The notes below the pieces were generated by a model that searched no databases, had not been told where the DNA came from, and saw nothing but the letters and a program-made list of their open reading frames with translations. 64,000 bases of DNA from an uncultured Acidobacteriota bacterium. Lineage in GTDB: Bacteria; Acidobacteriota; Thermoanaerobaculia; UBA5066; Gp7-AA6. Below, piece after piece: positions 45,613 through 63,245 of the stretch. A program made the position numbers and the translations under genes. Position 1 is the first letter of the stretch, and the number at the start of each line of letters is the position of its first letter. The stretch is taken from contig CAVVML010000018.1 of assembly GCA_963749265.1 (NCBI GenBank), positions 531,683 through 595,682 on the forward strand. Reading direction: 5' to 3'.

Positions 45613-45884
45613 ACGGGATCCTCCTGTGAGCGCAAAGCGCTGCCAGGTCGGCATTATTCCCCGACCCCTCGGAAACACCTTGGCTCGCGCGGCGCGGCCG
45701 GAGACCGAGTCGGAGCCGCCGCGGAACGTTCGGCCACGACGCGACGCGCGCGCGATGCGGCCGCCGACGCCCCGCCCAAAAACTCTGTTGCTTTGTCGGA
45801 GGGAATTCAACAGAATTCGGCACTCCGGGGGCGGGCCGGATCGAGCCCGTGTGTGGGATTACGAACAGAGGAGCGAAGCTCAGC

Positions 45885-46751
45885 ATGCCACGCGCAAGGC
45901 AACGTGCGGCCACCGCCGCGATCCTTCTTCTCGCGGCCCTCGCGTTCCCCGGGTGCAACAAGCTGAAGTCGAAGCAGGAAGTTAAGCGCGGAAACGACTT
46001 CCTGAAGGCGGCCCAATACCAGCCCGCCCTCACCTCCTACCTGGAGGCCCTGCGCCTCGATCCGTCCGAGACCAAACTGCACAAGCACATCGGCATCGCG
46101 TACATGGGGATGTACCAGCCGGGCTCGAAGCACGCCAAGGACCTCGAGTTCGCGCAGAAGGCCATCGACAACCTCAAGCAATACATCGCGGCCTATCCCG
46201 AGGACAACAAGGCGCTCGAGTACCTGGTCTCGATGTACCTGAACACCGAGCGGTTCGACGACGCCATCGCCTTCTACCAGAACGAGCTCCTGAAGCGGAA
46301 CCCGAAGGACACCAAGGCGATGCAGTCGCTCGCGATGCTGTACTTCAAGAAGGGCGACTTCGAAAACGGGGTGAAGTGGCTCAAGGAGCGGCTCAACGTC
46401 GTCACGAGCAACGACGAGCGCGCCGAGGTCTACTACCTGATCGGCGTCCAGGCCTGGGACCGCTCCTACAACTTCCCCGACGTCGACCCGGTCGTCCGGG
46501 GCCAGCTCGTCGACGAGGGCATGGAAGCCCTCAAGAAGGCCGTCGAGATAAAGCCCGGCTACTTCGAGGCCATCTCGTACACCAACCTTCTCTACCGCGA
46601 GAAGGCCAAGATGGAGACGGATCCGGCCAAGAAGCAGGAATACACGGACCTCGCAAATCAATACCTCCAGCAGGCTCTGGAATTGAGGAAGGCGGCGCAG
46701 GAGAAGGCGAAGGCGGAGGCCGCCCAGGCCACACCGGAACCGAGCAACTAG
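45885..46751 (+). CDS. TPR-repeat lipoprotein, the first gene of the Ton cluster.
   Basis: Signal peptide with lipobox MPRARQRAATAAILLLAALAFPGC, followed by TPR-like repeats (ALTSYLEALRLDP, AIAFYQNELLKRNP, AMLYFKKGDFENGVKWL). Confidence 0.75.
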   Translation: MPRARQRAATAAILLLAALAFPGCNKLKSKQEVKRGNDFLKAAQYQPALTSYLEALRLDPSETKLHKHIGIAYMGMYQPGSKHAKDLEFAQKAIDNLKQYIAAYPEDNKALEYLVSMYLNTERFDDAIAFYQNELLKRNPKDTKAMQSLAMLYFKKGDFENGVKWLKERLNVVTSNDERAEVYYLIGVQAWDRSYNFPDVDPVVRGQLVDEGMEALKKAVEIKPGYFEAISYTNLLYREKAKMETDPAKKQEYTDLANQYLQQALELRKAAQEKAKAEAAQATPEPSN

Positions 46752-46784
46752 TGCCGGTGTCTCACTGGGTCGGGGAGATCGTCC

Positions 46785-47513
46785 ATGTTTGAAACGTCGC
46801 TGATCGAATCGGAACATCACGGAGGCGGATCCAAGAAGGCCCTGTCCTTCCCGGTCTCCGTCCTCATCCACGGCCTGGTGATCGGAATCGCCCTCGGCGC
46901 CTCGATCTGGTTCGTCGGCGACGTGCCCGAGCCTCCGATCCCCGTGACCTTCTACGCCGCCGCTCCCCCTCCGCCTCCTCCGCCCCCGGCCGCCCCGAAG
47001 GCGGCGCCCAAAGCCCCCGAGACGCCCAAGCAGGTCCCCGTCAAACCCGTCGAGATGGCCCAGCCGATGGTCGTGCCGGACGTCGTGCCCGCGCCCCTCG
47101 CCGAGCCCGAGGCGGCTGCGGATGCGGGCGTGGAAGGCGGCGTGGAGGGTGGCGTGGAGGGCGGCGTCCCGGGCGGCGTGATGGGCGGCGTGGTCGGCGG
47201 GACGGGCGCGGGCGGGGGCGGCGAACCCCTCCGGGTCGGAGGGGACGTCAAGGCCCCGGTCCTGTCCTCGCGCGTCGAGCCCCAGTATCCCGAAGCGGCT
47301 CGAAAGGCCCGCATGGAAGGGGTCGTCATCCTGGAGGCCATCATCACCGCCGATGGAAACGTCGAGGACGTGCGCGTGCTGAAGTCCGTCAATCCCCTGC
47401 TCGACGCCTCCGCCGTCCGGGCAGTGCAGCAGTGGAAATACAAGCCGGCGACCCTGAACGGCCGGGCGGTGCGCGTGTACCTCACGGTGACGGTGACCTT
47501 CCGGTTGAACTAG
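46785..47513 (+). CDS. tonB: Energy transducer TonB.
   Basis: N-terminal TM anchor, Pro-rich spacer (AAAPPPPPPPPAAPKAAPKAPETPKQVP), and the C-terminal TonB domain PQYPEAARKARMEGVVILEAIITADGNVEDVRVLKS...ALDASAVRAVQQWKYKPA. Confidence 0.9.
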   Translation: MFETSLIESEHHGGGSKKALSFPVSVLIHGLVIGIALGASIWFVGDVPEPPIPVTFYAAAPPPPPPPPAAPKAAPKAPETPKQVPVKPVEMAQPMVVPDVVPAPLAEPEAAADAGVEGGVEGGVEGGVPGGVMGGVVGGTGAGGGGEPLRVGGDVKAPVLSSRVEPQYPEAARKARMEGVVILEAIITADGNVEDVRVLKSVNPLLDASAVRAVQQWKYKPATLNGRAVRVYLTVTVTFRLN

Positions 47514-47529
47514 GATTGGAGCGGCGAGC

Positions 47530-48258
47530 TTGACGGCGAACGAAACTGAGAAGGAGCGTGGCATGAGTTTTGACCCCATTCACCTGTGGAACACGATGAC
47601 GCCCATCGCGAAGGGCGTCGTCGTGCTGCTGATCATCATGTCGATCTATTCGCTGACCGTGGCCTTCGAGCGGTTCCTCTACTACCGCAAGGCGCGCAAC
47701 CAGTCGGTGGCCTACGCCAAGATGGTCACGCAGTTCCTGAAGCAGGACAAGCTCCAGGAGGCGATCGACGCCTCGAAGAAGTTCAAGAACAGCCACGTCG
47801 CGCGCGTGCTGTCGGCCGGCCTCTACGAGTTCTCCCACGACATCAAGAGCGGTGGGTCGAACATCAAGGGCCACGACATGATCGAGGCCGCCGAGCGGGC
47901 CATCGAGCGCGAGGCCCTCGTCACGACCGCCGACATGAAGAAGGGCCTCTCGGGCCTGGCCACGATCGGCACCACGGCGCCCTTCATCGGCCTCTTCGGG
48001 ACGGTCATCGGCATCATCAACGCGTTCCGCGGCATGGCCATGAGCGGCTCGGGCGGCATCGCGGCCGTCTCCGCCGGCATCGCCGAGGCGCTCGTCACGA
48101 CGGCCCTCGGGCTCTTCGTGGCGATCCCGGCCGTCTGGATGTTCAACATCTTCATGAACAACATCGAGCGCTTCCAGGTCGAGATGTCGAACTCGGCCAA
48201 CGAGCTCATCGACTACTTCATCAAGCGTCGCGGCGCGGGCGCTTCGCTTTCGGCCTGA
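47530..48258 (+). CDS. exbB: MotA/TolQ/ExbB proton-channel protein.
   Basis: Three TM helices with the conserved LSGLATIGTTAPFIGLFGTVIGIINAF and EALVTTALGLFVAIPA. Confidence 0.9.
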   Translation: MTANETEKERGMSFDPIHLWNTMTPIAKGVVVLLIIMSIYSLTVAFERFLYYRKARNQSVAYAKMVTQFLKQDKLQEAIDASKKFKNSHVARVLSAGLYEFSHDIKSGGSNIKGHDMIEAAERAIEREALVTTADMKKGLSGLATIGTTAPFIGLFGTVIGIINAFRGMAMSGSGGIAAVSAGIAEALVTTALGLFVAIPAVWMFNIFMNNIERFQVEMSNSANELIDYFIKRRGAGASLSA

Positions 48259-48289
48259 CGATCCACCAGGAGATATAGGGAGACCGGCC

Positions 48290-48731
48290 ATGGGTATGGG
48301 AGGCGGCGGAGGCCGCGACAAGCTTCAGAGCGACATCAACGTCACGCCCCTCGTGGACGTCTGCCTCGTCCTTCTGATCATCTTCATGGTGGTCACGCCC
48401 ATGTTGCAGAAGGGCGTCAGCGTGCAGATTCCTCAGGCCGACAACCCGGACAAGAAGCCGGAGTCGAGCAAGCAGAAGATGATCTCGGTCTCGTACACGA
48501 GACGCCGCCCGCCTACTACATGGACACTCCGAAGCCGCTCTCCAAGGCGGAATTCCAGAACGCCCTCGACGAGCTCTATCAGCGGAATCCCGTCCGCCGA
48601 GCTCGTCATCAAGGCCGACCAGAGATTGAAGTACGGCGACGTCAAGGAAGTCTTCAAGATGACCAAGGACGCCGGGTTTCCAGGACGTCGGCCTGATCGC
48701 CGAGAAGAAGCAAAAGGGCGTGGGCGGCTAA
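48290..48731 (+). CDS. exbD: Biopolymer transport protein ExbD/TolR (first copy). There is at least one frameshift near 48500.
   Basis: SDINVTPLVDVCLVLLIIFMVVTPMLQKGVSVQIP, then in another frame ELVIKADQRLKYGDVKEVFKMTKDAGF. Confidence 0.8.
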
Positions 48732-48761
48732 GCCGCAGCCGCGTCAAGGAGACCAATCGCC

Positions 48762-49189
48762 ATGGCGATGGCAGTCGGAAGCGGCGCCGGCGAGTACAAG
48801 AGCGACATCAACATCACGCCGCTGGTCGACGTGGTGCTGGTGCTGCTCATCATCTTCATGGTGATCACGCCGCTCTTGCAGATGGGTTACGACGTCAAGG
48901 TGCCGCCGAAGGCGCCGCCCCAGGAGAACCAGCCGCCTCCGGCGGACCTGCTGATCGTGTCCCTGACGCCGGCCAACAAGATCTATCTCAACAAGGAAGA
49001 GGTCAACTCCGCAGACCCTCTCGCTGCGCCTGACGGAAATCCTGAAGAACCGCGCCAACAAGACCATCTTCTTCTCGGGTGACGACGCCTCGACCTACGG
49101 CGAGGTCATCAAGGTGATGGACCTGTGCCGCAACGCCGGCGCCAAGAACATCGGCATCGTCATGGAGGCGGTTCCGGTCGGCCAGTAGG
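48762..49189 (+). CDS. exbD: Biopolymer transport protein ExbD/TolR (second copy). There is one frameshift near 49010.
   Basis: SDINITPLVDVVLVLLIIFMVITPLLQMGYDVKVP, then ...IFFSGDDASTYGEVIKVMDLCRNAGAKNIGIVMEAVP. Confidence 0.8.
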
Positions 49190-49332
49190 CAGCGCAGGCC
49201 TCGGTGCCGGGTCGTCGGTCCCACGGACCTCGGCCCTACCGTCGCTCGGCCCTCCCTTCTGATATCCTCCCCCGCCGGTCGCCGGGGTTCGCCGGCGGCC
49301 TCCGAATTCACGCGAAAACAGGAGTTGGACGA

Positions 49333-51500
<2,168 letters not shown>

Positions 51501-51599
51501 GACGAAGCGCCTCCGCGTCATCCGCAGTCCGACGGCCCGGCTTGCGCCGGGCCGTTTCGGTTCTTCGGCCTCTTCGGCTGAGGCTGACGGGCTGCGGCT

Positions 51600-52765
51600 C
51601 TAGACGAATCGGCTCAGCACCTCGTTCGAGACCAGAAAGCCGCGTTCGGTGAACCGGACGCGGCTCTGGTCTTTTTCGAGGATCCCGGACTCCCGCCAGA
51701 CCTCGTAGTCTTCGGGCAGGCGCGCGTCGCCCGCCGCGTCGATCTGGCGGCGCACGGCGTCTTCCTCCACGCCCCGCGCCAGCCGCAGGCCCAGGAAGAC
51801 CTCTTCGCGCGCGGCTTCCGCCGGGTCGATCGGGCGGTCGAGGGCCAGCGGCCGTTCGCCCCGGGAGAGCCGTTCCACGTAGCCCTCGAGCGTCGAGACG
51901 TTCGCGCGCCGCCGGCCGGCCCACAGCTCGTGGGCCGAGACGCCGAGGCCGAGGTTGGCCGTGCGCGTCCAGTACTTGAGATTGTGCCGCGCCTCGCGGC
52001 CGGGCCGCGCCCAGTTCGAGATCTCGTAGTGGACGAAGCCCGCGGCGGCCATGGCCTCGCCCATCGCCAGCCACATGTCGGCCTGGACGTCGTCCGAGGG
52101 GTAGCGCTCGGGCCGCACCCTCCGATCCTCTTCCATCGTTTTCGACTTCTCGACCTCGAGCAGGTAGATCGAGGCGTGCGACGCGCCCGAATCGATCAGC
52201 CGCGCGGACGCTCCGTCCGAAGCTTTCGGGAGTCTGCTCCGGCAGGCCGAGGATCAGGTCTCCCGAGACCGCCAGGCGAGCGCCGTCGAGGATCTCGAGG
52301 GCCGAGGCGGCGCGCGCCGCATCGTGCCGGCGACCGACGCCGGCGAGCTCGGCGTCCTCGAAGGACTGGACCCCGACCGAGACGCGGTTGACCCCGGCGA
52401 TCGTCCAGGCGCGCGCGGCCTCCGGCGTCACGTCCTCGGGATTCGCCTCGAGCGTGACCTCGGCGTCGCGGGTCGATCCGGAACGGCCCTCCGCAACTCC
52501 TCCAGCAGGCGGCGCACGGCCTCCGTCGGCAGAAGCGACGGCGTCCCCCCGCCGAGGTAGATCGAGTCGAACGTCGAGCCCTCGGCCTCCCCGGCCAGGA
52601 GCGCCGTCTCGCGCTCGCAGCGCCTCGAGATACCGGTCCCGGCTCGACCCGTCCGTCGTGACGACGAACGCGCAGTACCCGCAGCGCGAGGCGCAGTACG
52701 GAAGGTGGACGTAGATCCCGCCGCGCGGGCTCACCGTCCCGCCTCGGCCTCGGTTTCGATGGCGG
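51600..52765 (-). CDS. hemW: Radical-SAM heme chaperone HemW (coproporphyrinogen-III oxidase-like). There are at least two frameshifts and a GTG start.
   Basis: VSPRGGIYVHLPYCASRCGYCAF (CxxxCxxC), then LEANPEDVTPE...GVNRVSVGVQSF, and a C-terminal HemN_C domain ...HYEISNWARPGREARHNLKYW. Confidence 0.85.
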
Positions 52766-53761
52766 ACCGCGTCGAAGCCGCCTCCGCCCAGTCTCCGACC
52801 TGGCCGTCGAACGGAAAGACCTTCCGGAAGTTCCCCTCCCGAGCGACCGCCGAGAGGTCGCGCGAAGACTCGTCGATCCATCGCACCGCCGCGTGCAGGA
52901 GCGCGGCGCGGTGCTCGCCCGTATCCGGCGCGTCCGCCCGCTCCTCCAGCCGCGCGGCCGCCTCGCGGTTGCCGCGCGGCTCTCCCCGACCCGCGGGACG
53001 CGGCGGCAGCGCGAGGAGACCGCGGCCGGCGGCGGCTTCCCGGACCGCCGCCACGCGGCCGGCCAGCCGATCGGGCCAGTCGCCGTGGTGGATCACCTCG
53101 AAGAAGCGATCGGCCTGCTCCGGCTCGACGCGGGCGCGGGCATCCACGATGGCCCGACGCCCTTCGCCGTCCGCGGCGGGAACGAGCCCGGTGAGCGAGA
53201 CGGCTCCGTGCCGGGCGGCCGCGTCGGCGAGCGCCCGGATCGCTTCGTCCTCGGCCGTCCATCCGGGGATCAGAGGAAACAGGGCGGCCCGCGGAACGGC
53301 GGAGTCCCGAAAGCGGGCGAGCCCCGGAAAAGCGAGCTCGGGCCGGCCGGGCCTCCAGGAGCACACGATCACGGCGACCGCGCCTGCTCCGGAGGGGATG
53401 GCCTCCGGCTCCGGATCGAGCAGGTAGACCGGCCGCCCGGCTTCGATCGCTCCTTCCGCCGCGGCGCGTCCCGCGCCCCAGAGCGACTCGGCGCCCCCGC
53501 CCTCCGCCGCCGGCGGCCCGATCAGGACGGGTCCGGGCGGAATGCGGGAGGCGGCCTCGCGCCAGACCTCGACGAGAGACGGGCCCGGCCGCGGCGACGG
53601 GCTGCTCTCTCGGAAAAACGAAGCGCCGATCGAGCGGATCGAATCGCGAGACCCGCGGTCTCGAACCCCCAGGGAGCGAGTCGGCCCGCGATTCGTCGTC
53701 CGGCGAGCAGGGCTTCGCCCGCCCGCACGGCCGGGACAGCGGTCCCCTCGTAGACGATCAT
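52731..53761 (-). CDS. Hypothetical protein (~340 aa, family not recognised) between ribE and hemW. There is one frameshift near 53600.
   Basis: MIVYEGTAVPAVRAGEALLAGRRIAGR... joins the long ORF ...AIEAGRPVYLLDPEPEAIPSGAGAVAVIVCSWRPGRPELAFPGLARF...ALFPLIPGWTAEDEAIRALADAAARHGAVSLTGLVPA...EGNFRKVFPFDGQV. The amino-acid composition is protein-like, unlike the opposite-strand Arg-rich ORF. Confidence 0.4.
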
Positions 53762-54380
53762 CGCTTCCGTCGCGCTTCGACGCCGCGCCCGGACGCGCCG
53801 GAGAGCGGCGGCCCGTGGATAGCGGGCGAAGACGTCGGCCTCGAAGTTGACGGCGTCTCCGCGGGCGCCTGGCTCCGAGCGTCGTCCGCCGGTACGTCTC
53901 GGGAATCACCGAAACCGAGAACGCCCGGCCGTTCCGCGCCGCCACCGTCAGGCTCACGCCGTCGAGAGCGACCGAGCCCTTCTCGGCGACCAGCCTCCCC
54001 AGGCCCGGCGGGATCGAGAAGCGATACTCCCAGGAATTGCCGGCCCGGCCGCGTCGAGAGAATCCGCGAGACCCCGTCGACGTGCCCCATCACGAAGTGG
54101 CCCGAGAGACGGTCGCCCCAGCGCAGCGCCCGCTCCAGGTTCGACCTGGTCGCCGGGCGCGAGCGCCTCGAGGGTCGACCGGCGGAGCGTCTCGGAGGAG
54201 AGGTCCGCGATGAGGCGCCGCGATGTGGACACGGCGGTGAGACAGACGCCCGAGACGCGAGACGCTCTCGCCGGAGCGGTACGTCGTCGGACGGGCCGGC
54301 GCAATCACGATCCGCGCGCCCCCCCGGCGTTTTTCGACCGACTCGATCCGGCCCATTCCGGTCACGATGCCCGTGAACAT
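53758..54380 (-). CDS. ribE: Riboflavin synthase. There is at least one frameshift.
   Basis: MFTGIVTGMGRIESVEKRRGGARIVIAP... (first lumazine-binding repeat), then ...HVDGVSRILSTRPG / ...DGVSLTVAARNGRAFSVSVIPETYRRTTL (second repeat) in other frames. Confidence 0.78.
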
Positions 54381-54396
54381 GCTTTCGCGGGCGAGT

Positions 54397-55545
54397 CTAT
54401 TTCGTATGGGCGACCGGTCCGAGCGCCGGCCCGGTCCTGCGCGCGACCCGGCCGGTGAGGAGCCAGTCCGGACCCAGAGGCTCCACGCGCACGTCCCGGA
54501 GTGTCGGCGTGCGCTCCAGCGCGAAGCCCCGGCCGCCCACGCCGCCCGGGGCCCGCCGGCCGCCGAGGATCCGGGGAGCCAGGAACACGGCGCCCGATCG
54601 ACGAGGTCCGCGGCAAAGAACCCCCACAGGGTCTCTGCCCCGCCCTCGACCATGAGGCCAGTGACCTCGCGAGCGCCGAGCTCCGACACGAGGCGGCGCA
54701 GGTCCACACGCCGCGAGCCCGACGCCCTTGCCGGCAGGCTCCAGACCTCGACGCCCCGCGCGGCGAGGCGGGCGACCTTCGGGTGCGAGAGCGGCGCGGC
54801 CGTGACGACCAGCCGGCGTCCGGGGCCGCGGAAGACCTTCGCCTTCTCGGACACGCGCAGTCGTCCGTCGACCACGATCCGCCACTGCTCGGTGGATCGG
54901 TTCCGGCCCAGGCGGCGAGTCAGGAGCGGGTCGTCGGCGGCCACGGTCCCGGCGCCGACGAGGATCGCGTCGTATTCCTCTCGGAGCTCCATGGCCCGCC
55001 GGCGCGCCGCCTCGCCCGTGATCCAGCGGCTCCGTCCCGAAGCCTCCGCCGTCTTTCCGTCGAGGCTCTCGGCCCATTTCGCCAGGACGAAAGGACGGCC
55101 CTCCACGACCCACGTCCGGAAGCGCTCGTTCTGCTCGCGCCGCCCGGCGCCGCCACGCGGCGGGCGCCAGGACGACTCCGACGCCGGCCCGGCGCAGCGC
55201 CGCGAGGCCGCGGCCGGAGACTTTCGGATTCGGATCGATCGACGCGGCGACCACGCGCCGCACTCCGGACGCCGCGACGGCCGGCGCGCACGGCGGCGTG
55301 CGGCCTTCGTGCGAGCAGGGCTCCAGTGTGACGTAGAGATCGGCGCCCTTCGCGGCGCGGCCGGCCCGGCGGAGGGCCAGGATCTCGGCGTGGGGCTCCC
55401 CCGCCCGCCGATGGAACGCCTCGCCGACGACGCGGCCGCGGGCGACCACCACGGCGCCGACCATCGGATTGGGCGAGGTCGAGAACCGGCCCTTCTCGGC
55501 GAGCGCGAACGCCCGCTCGAGCCAGGCCGGATCAATGGACGGCAT
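54397..55545 (-). CDS. ribD: Bifunctional riboflavin biosynthesis protein RibD (pyrimidine deaminase/reductase). There are at least two frameshifts.
   Basis: MPSIDPAWLERAFALAEKGRFSTSPNPMVGAVVVARGRVVGEAFHRRAGEPHAEILAL...YVTLEPCSHEGRTPPC (the deaminase zinc motif), then ...FVLAKWAESLDGK...LVEGGAETL (reductase) in another frame. The start overlaps the ftsY 3' end. Confidence 0.85.
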   Translation of the reverse strand: MPSIDPAWLERAFALAEKGRFSTSPNPMVGAVVVARGRVVGEAFHRRAGEPHAEILALRRAGRAAKGADLYVTLEPCSHEGRTPPCAPAVAASGVRRVVAASIDPNPKVSGRGLAALRRAGVGVVLAPAAWRRRAARAERALPDVGRGGPSFRPGEMGREPRRKDGGGFGTEPLDHGRGGAPAGHGAPRGIRRDPRRRRDRGRRRPAPDSPPGPEPIHRAVADRGRRTTARVREGEGLPRPRTPAGRHGRAALAPEGRPPRRAGRRGLEPAGKGVGLAACGPAPPRVGARRSRGHWPHGRGRGRDPVGVLCRGPRRSGAVFLAPRILGGRRAPGGVGGRGFALERTPTLRDVRVEPLGPDWLLTGRVARRTGPALGPVAHTK

Positions 55546-56519
55546 CGTCCTCGAGAAGCGCCTTCGCGTAGTCGGCGGGGTCGAACGGAACGAGGTCGTC
55601 GATCGCTTCGCCGACCCCGACATAGAGGACCGGCAGTTTCAGCTCGCGGTAAATCGCGAGGATGACGCCGCCCTTGGCGCTGCCGTCGAGCTTGGTCAGG
55701 ACGACGCCCGTCGCACCGGCGGCCTCCACGAACTTCCGCGCCTGGACGAGGCCGTTGACGCCGGTCGTCGCGTCGAGAACCAGCAGCGTCTCGTGGGGGG
55801 CGCCCGGGACCTCCCGGGCGGCGACGCGCCGCATCTTGGCGAGCTCGTCCATCAGGTTCTTCTTCGTATGCAGCCGGCCGGCGGTGTCGACGAGAAGCGC
55901 CCCGACCCCCCGCGCTTTCGCCGCCGCGAGAGCGTCGAAGAGCACGGCCGAAGGATCGGCGCCCTCCTTGTGCCGGACGACCGGGAGGTCCAGACGGTCG
56001 GCCCAGATCTGAAGCTGGTCGATGGCGCCGGCGCGGAACGTGTCCGCCGCCGCAAGGAGGACGCTGCGTCCGGCCGACTTCTCGCGGGCGGCGAGCTTCG
56101 CCGTCGTCGTCGTCTTGCCCGAGCCGTTCACGCCCACGAGAAAGGTCACGAAGAGGGGCACGTCGGCCCGCCCGGCCGCGCGCGGCGCCGTGGCCAGGAG
56201 CTTCTCGATCTCTTCGGCAAGAAGCGTTCGCACGTACGCGAGGTCCTTGCGCTCCGAGATGTTCGCGCGCTCGCCGGACGGCGTCGGTCAGGGCCGAGGC
56301 CGTGTCCGCCCCGACGTCGGCCGCGAGCAGCGCCTCTTCGAGGGCCTCGAGGACCGACTCGTCGATCCCGAGGCTCTCTTTGACCGCGGTGCCGAGCTTT
56401 TCCAGGATCTCGGTGTGGGTCATGAAGAGGCCGCGCTTGACCTTGGCGAAAAAGCCTCCGCGCGCCGGCTTTTCGGGCGGAGCGTCGAGCTTCTCGGCGG
56501 ATCGCGGGTCGTCGGACAT
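55532..56519 (-). CDS. ftsY: Signal recognition particle receptor FtsY. There is one frameshift near 56270.
   Basis: MSDDPRSAEKLDAPPEKPARGGFFAKVKRGLFMTHTEILEKLGTAVKESLGIDESVLEALEEALLAADVG (N domain), then VPLFVTFLVGVNGSGKTTTTAKLAA...LLVDTAGRLHTKKNLMDELAKM...VLTKLDGSAKGGV (G domain). Confidence 0.92.
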
Positions 56520-56575
56520 GGGGAGGGGAAGATAACTCAGGAAAGTCGAGAGGTCGAGAGTTGAGGCCCGGGCGG

Positions 56576-57341
56576 CTAGCTGGTCTTCTTGGAGCTTTCG
56601 AGAAGCAGACGCGCCTTGGCGCCGGTGTCGCCCACCGGATCGAGATCCACGGCGCGCTGGAGGTAGCGTCGGCCGAGTTCGGTCTGCTTCAGCGTCACGA
56701 GGCAGAGGCCGAGCCGCAGGTTCGCCTCGGCGCTCGAAGGGTTCAGCTTGATCGCCGCAAGGTAGTCCTCGGAGGCGCCCTCGAGATCCCCGGCGCTTTC
56801 GCGGGCCGACGCTCGGCCGAAGACCGCCGCGAACGACTGGGGGTCGCGGGCCAGAGCGGTCGAGAACGCCTGCTCCGCGCCCGTGTAGTTGCCCTGGCGC
56901 TGCAGGAGGCGCCCCTGGTTGATCGTCGCCGAGACGCGGTCGTCGGCGTTCACCGAATGCTCCGCGGCCTCGAAGTCCGCCGCCGCTTCCTTGAACTTGC
57001 CGAGCTCCATCAGGGCCACGCCGCGGTTGTTCCGGTAGGAGGCGTTGTGCGGCGCGAGATCCACCGCCTTGTCGAAGTACGGCAGGGCTTCTTCGAAGCG
57101 GCTCTGCATCAGCAGCGAGAGGCCGAGGCCGTCCTGGACCTCGGGATTCTTCGGGTCCTCCTTGAGGACTTCGCGAAACGCCTTCTCCGCCTCGGCGGGA
57201 CGGTTCTCGCGGAGAAGGACCTGGCCCATCCGCTCGGTGAGGAGCACCTCCGCCGAGGTCTTGGCCTTCTTCGGACTGGCAGGCCGCGACGGGAACCGTC
57301 GCGAGAGCCACCGTGAGAAGCCAGCACGGCGCGGCGGGCCC

Positions 57342-57346
<5 letters not shown>
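56576..57346 (-). CDS. TPR-repeat lipoprotein. There is one frameshift inside the signal peptide.
   Basis: MRARRAVLA..LLTVALATVPVAAC lipobox, then TPR repeats (PEVQDGLGLSLLMQSRFEEALPYFDKAVDLAP, ASYRNNRGVALMELGKFKEAAADFEAA, QGRLLQRQGNYTGAEQAFSTALARDP). Confidence 0.75.
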
Positions 57347-61944
<4,598 letters not shown>

Positions 61945-61948
<4 letters not shown>

Positions 61949-63245
61949 CGTTCCCTCGCCGCGCCCAGGCGCTCGGCCAGCTCGGTCCGCGGAAAGGTCT
62001 GCTGCTCTCCCGTCGCCAGATCCTTGATCGTCACGTTTCCGTCCTCTCGTTCGCGGGATCCCAGGAGCACGGCGCGCACGCCGCGCCGCCCGCTGGGCGT
62101 GGCGACCCGGGTCGGCGAGAATCTGCGCCGCCCGCGACAGCCCCTTGCCGATGCCGCGGCCCGCCAGGTCGCTCTCCACCGTCGCGTCGGGCATGACGGC
62201 CCGCAGCTCGGAAGCCACGGCGAGCGCGTAGGCGAGCTCGTCCTTCGAGTCGGGCACGACCCAGAACAGCGGCCTCTCGGGCCGGGCGTCCGTCGTCATG
62301 AGCGAGACGAGCCGGTCCTCGCCGATGGCGAATCCCACCGCGGGCGTCGGCGGCCCGCCGAGATGGGCCACGAGGCCGTCGTAGCGGCCGCCGCCCAGGA
62401 TCGCGTTCTGCGCGCCGAGCCTCTCCGAGGCGACCTCGAACACCGTCCGGGTGTAGTAGTCGAGGCCGCGCACGATCGCCGCGCTCTCCGTGAAGCGCAC
62501 GCCGGCCTGGCGCAGAAGCTCCTTGAGCTCTTCGTGGTGCCGGCGCGACTCCTCGTCCAGAAACTCCAGGGTCGACGGGGCGCCCCGGAGCAGCGCGACG
62601 ACCTCGGGGTCCTTCGAGTCGAAGAGGCGCAGAGGGTTTTCCTCGAGCCGGCGCGCGTCCTCGGGGCCGAGGGATGCGGCCTTCGGGCCGGACGTGCTCG
62701 CGGAGCGCCTGGGAGAACGACTCCCGCGCCGCGCCGCTCGGGATGCAGTTGAGCGTGGCCGTCAGGTCCGTGAAGCCGAGGGCTTCGAGGAACCGGAAGA
62801 GCATCGCCAGCACTTCCGCGTCCCCCGCGGAGCCCGCCACGCCCAGCAGCTCGACGCCGATCTGGCGGAACTCCCGATAGCGGCCGGCCTGGGGCTGCTC
62901 GTAGCGGAACTGCGGCCCGGCGTACCAGAGGCGAATGGGCCGGGGCATCTCCTGCAGGCCGTGCTCGACCAGCGCGCGGACGACTCCCGCAGTGTTCTCC
63001 GGGCGCAGGGTCAGCGAGCGGCCCTTGCGGTCGGGGAACGTGTACATCTCCTTGTGAACGATGTCGGTCGTCTCCCCCACCGACCGGGCGAAGAGCTCGG
63101 TCGATTCGAAGACGGGCGTGCGGATCTCGCCGTAGCCGAAGGACCCGAAGACGCGCCGGGCCACGTGCTCGACGGCCGCGTACTTCTCGCTGTCGGGCGG
63201 GAGCAGGTCGTGCGTGCCCTTGGGCGCCCGGAGCTTGCCGCTCAC
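61945..63245 (-). CDS. hisS: Histidyl-tRNA synthetase. There are at least three frameshifts and a GTG start.
   Basis: (V)SGKLRAPKGTHDLLPPDSEKYAAVEHVARRVFGSFGYGEIRTPVFESTELF...LTLRPENTAGVVRALVEHGL...WYAGPQFRYEQPQAGRYREFRQIGVE..., then C-terminal anticodon-binding blocks (...FWVVPDSKDELAYALAVASELR; ...VTIKDLATGEQQTF). Its stop TGA overlaps the aspS ATG (ATGA). Confidence 0.92.
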
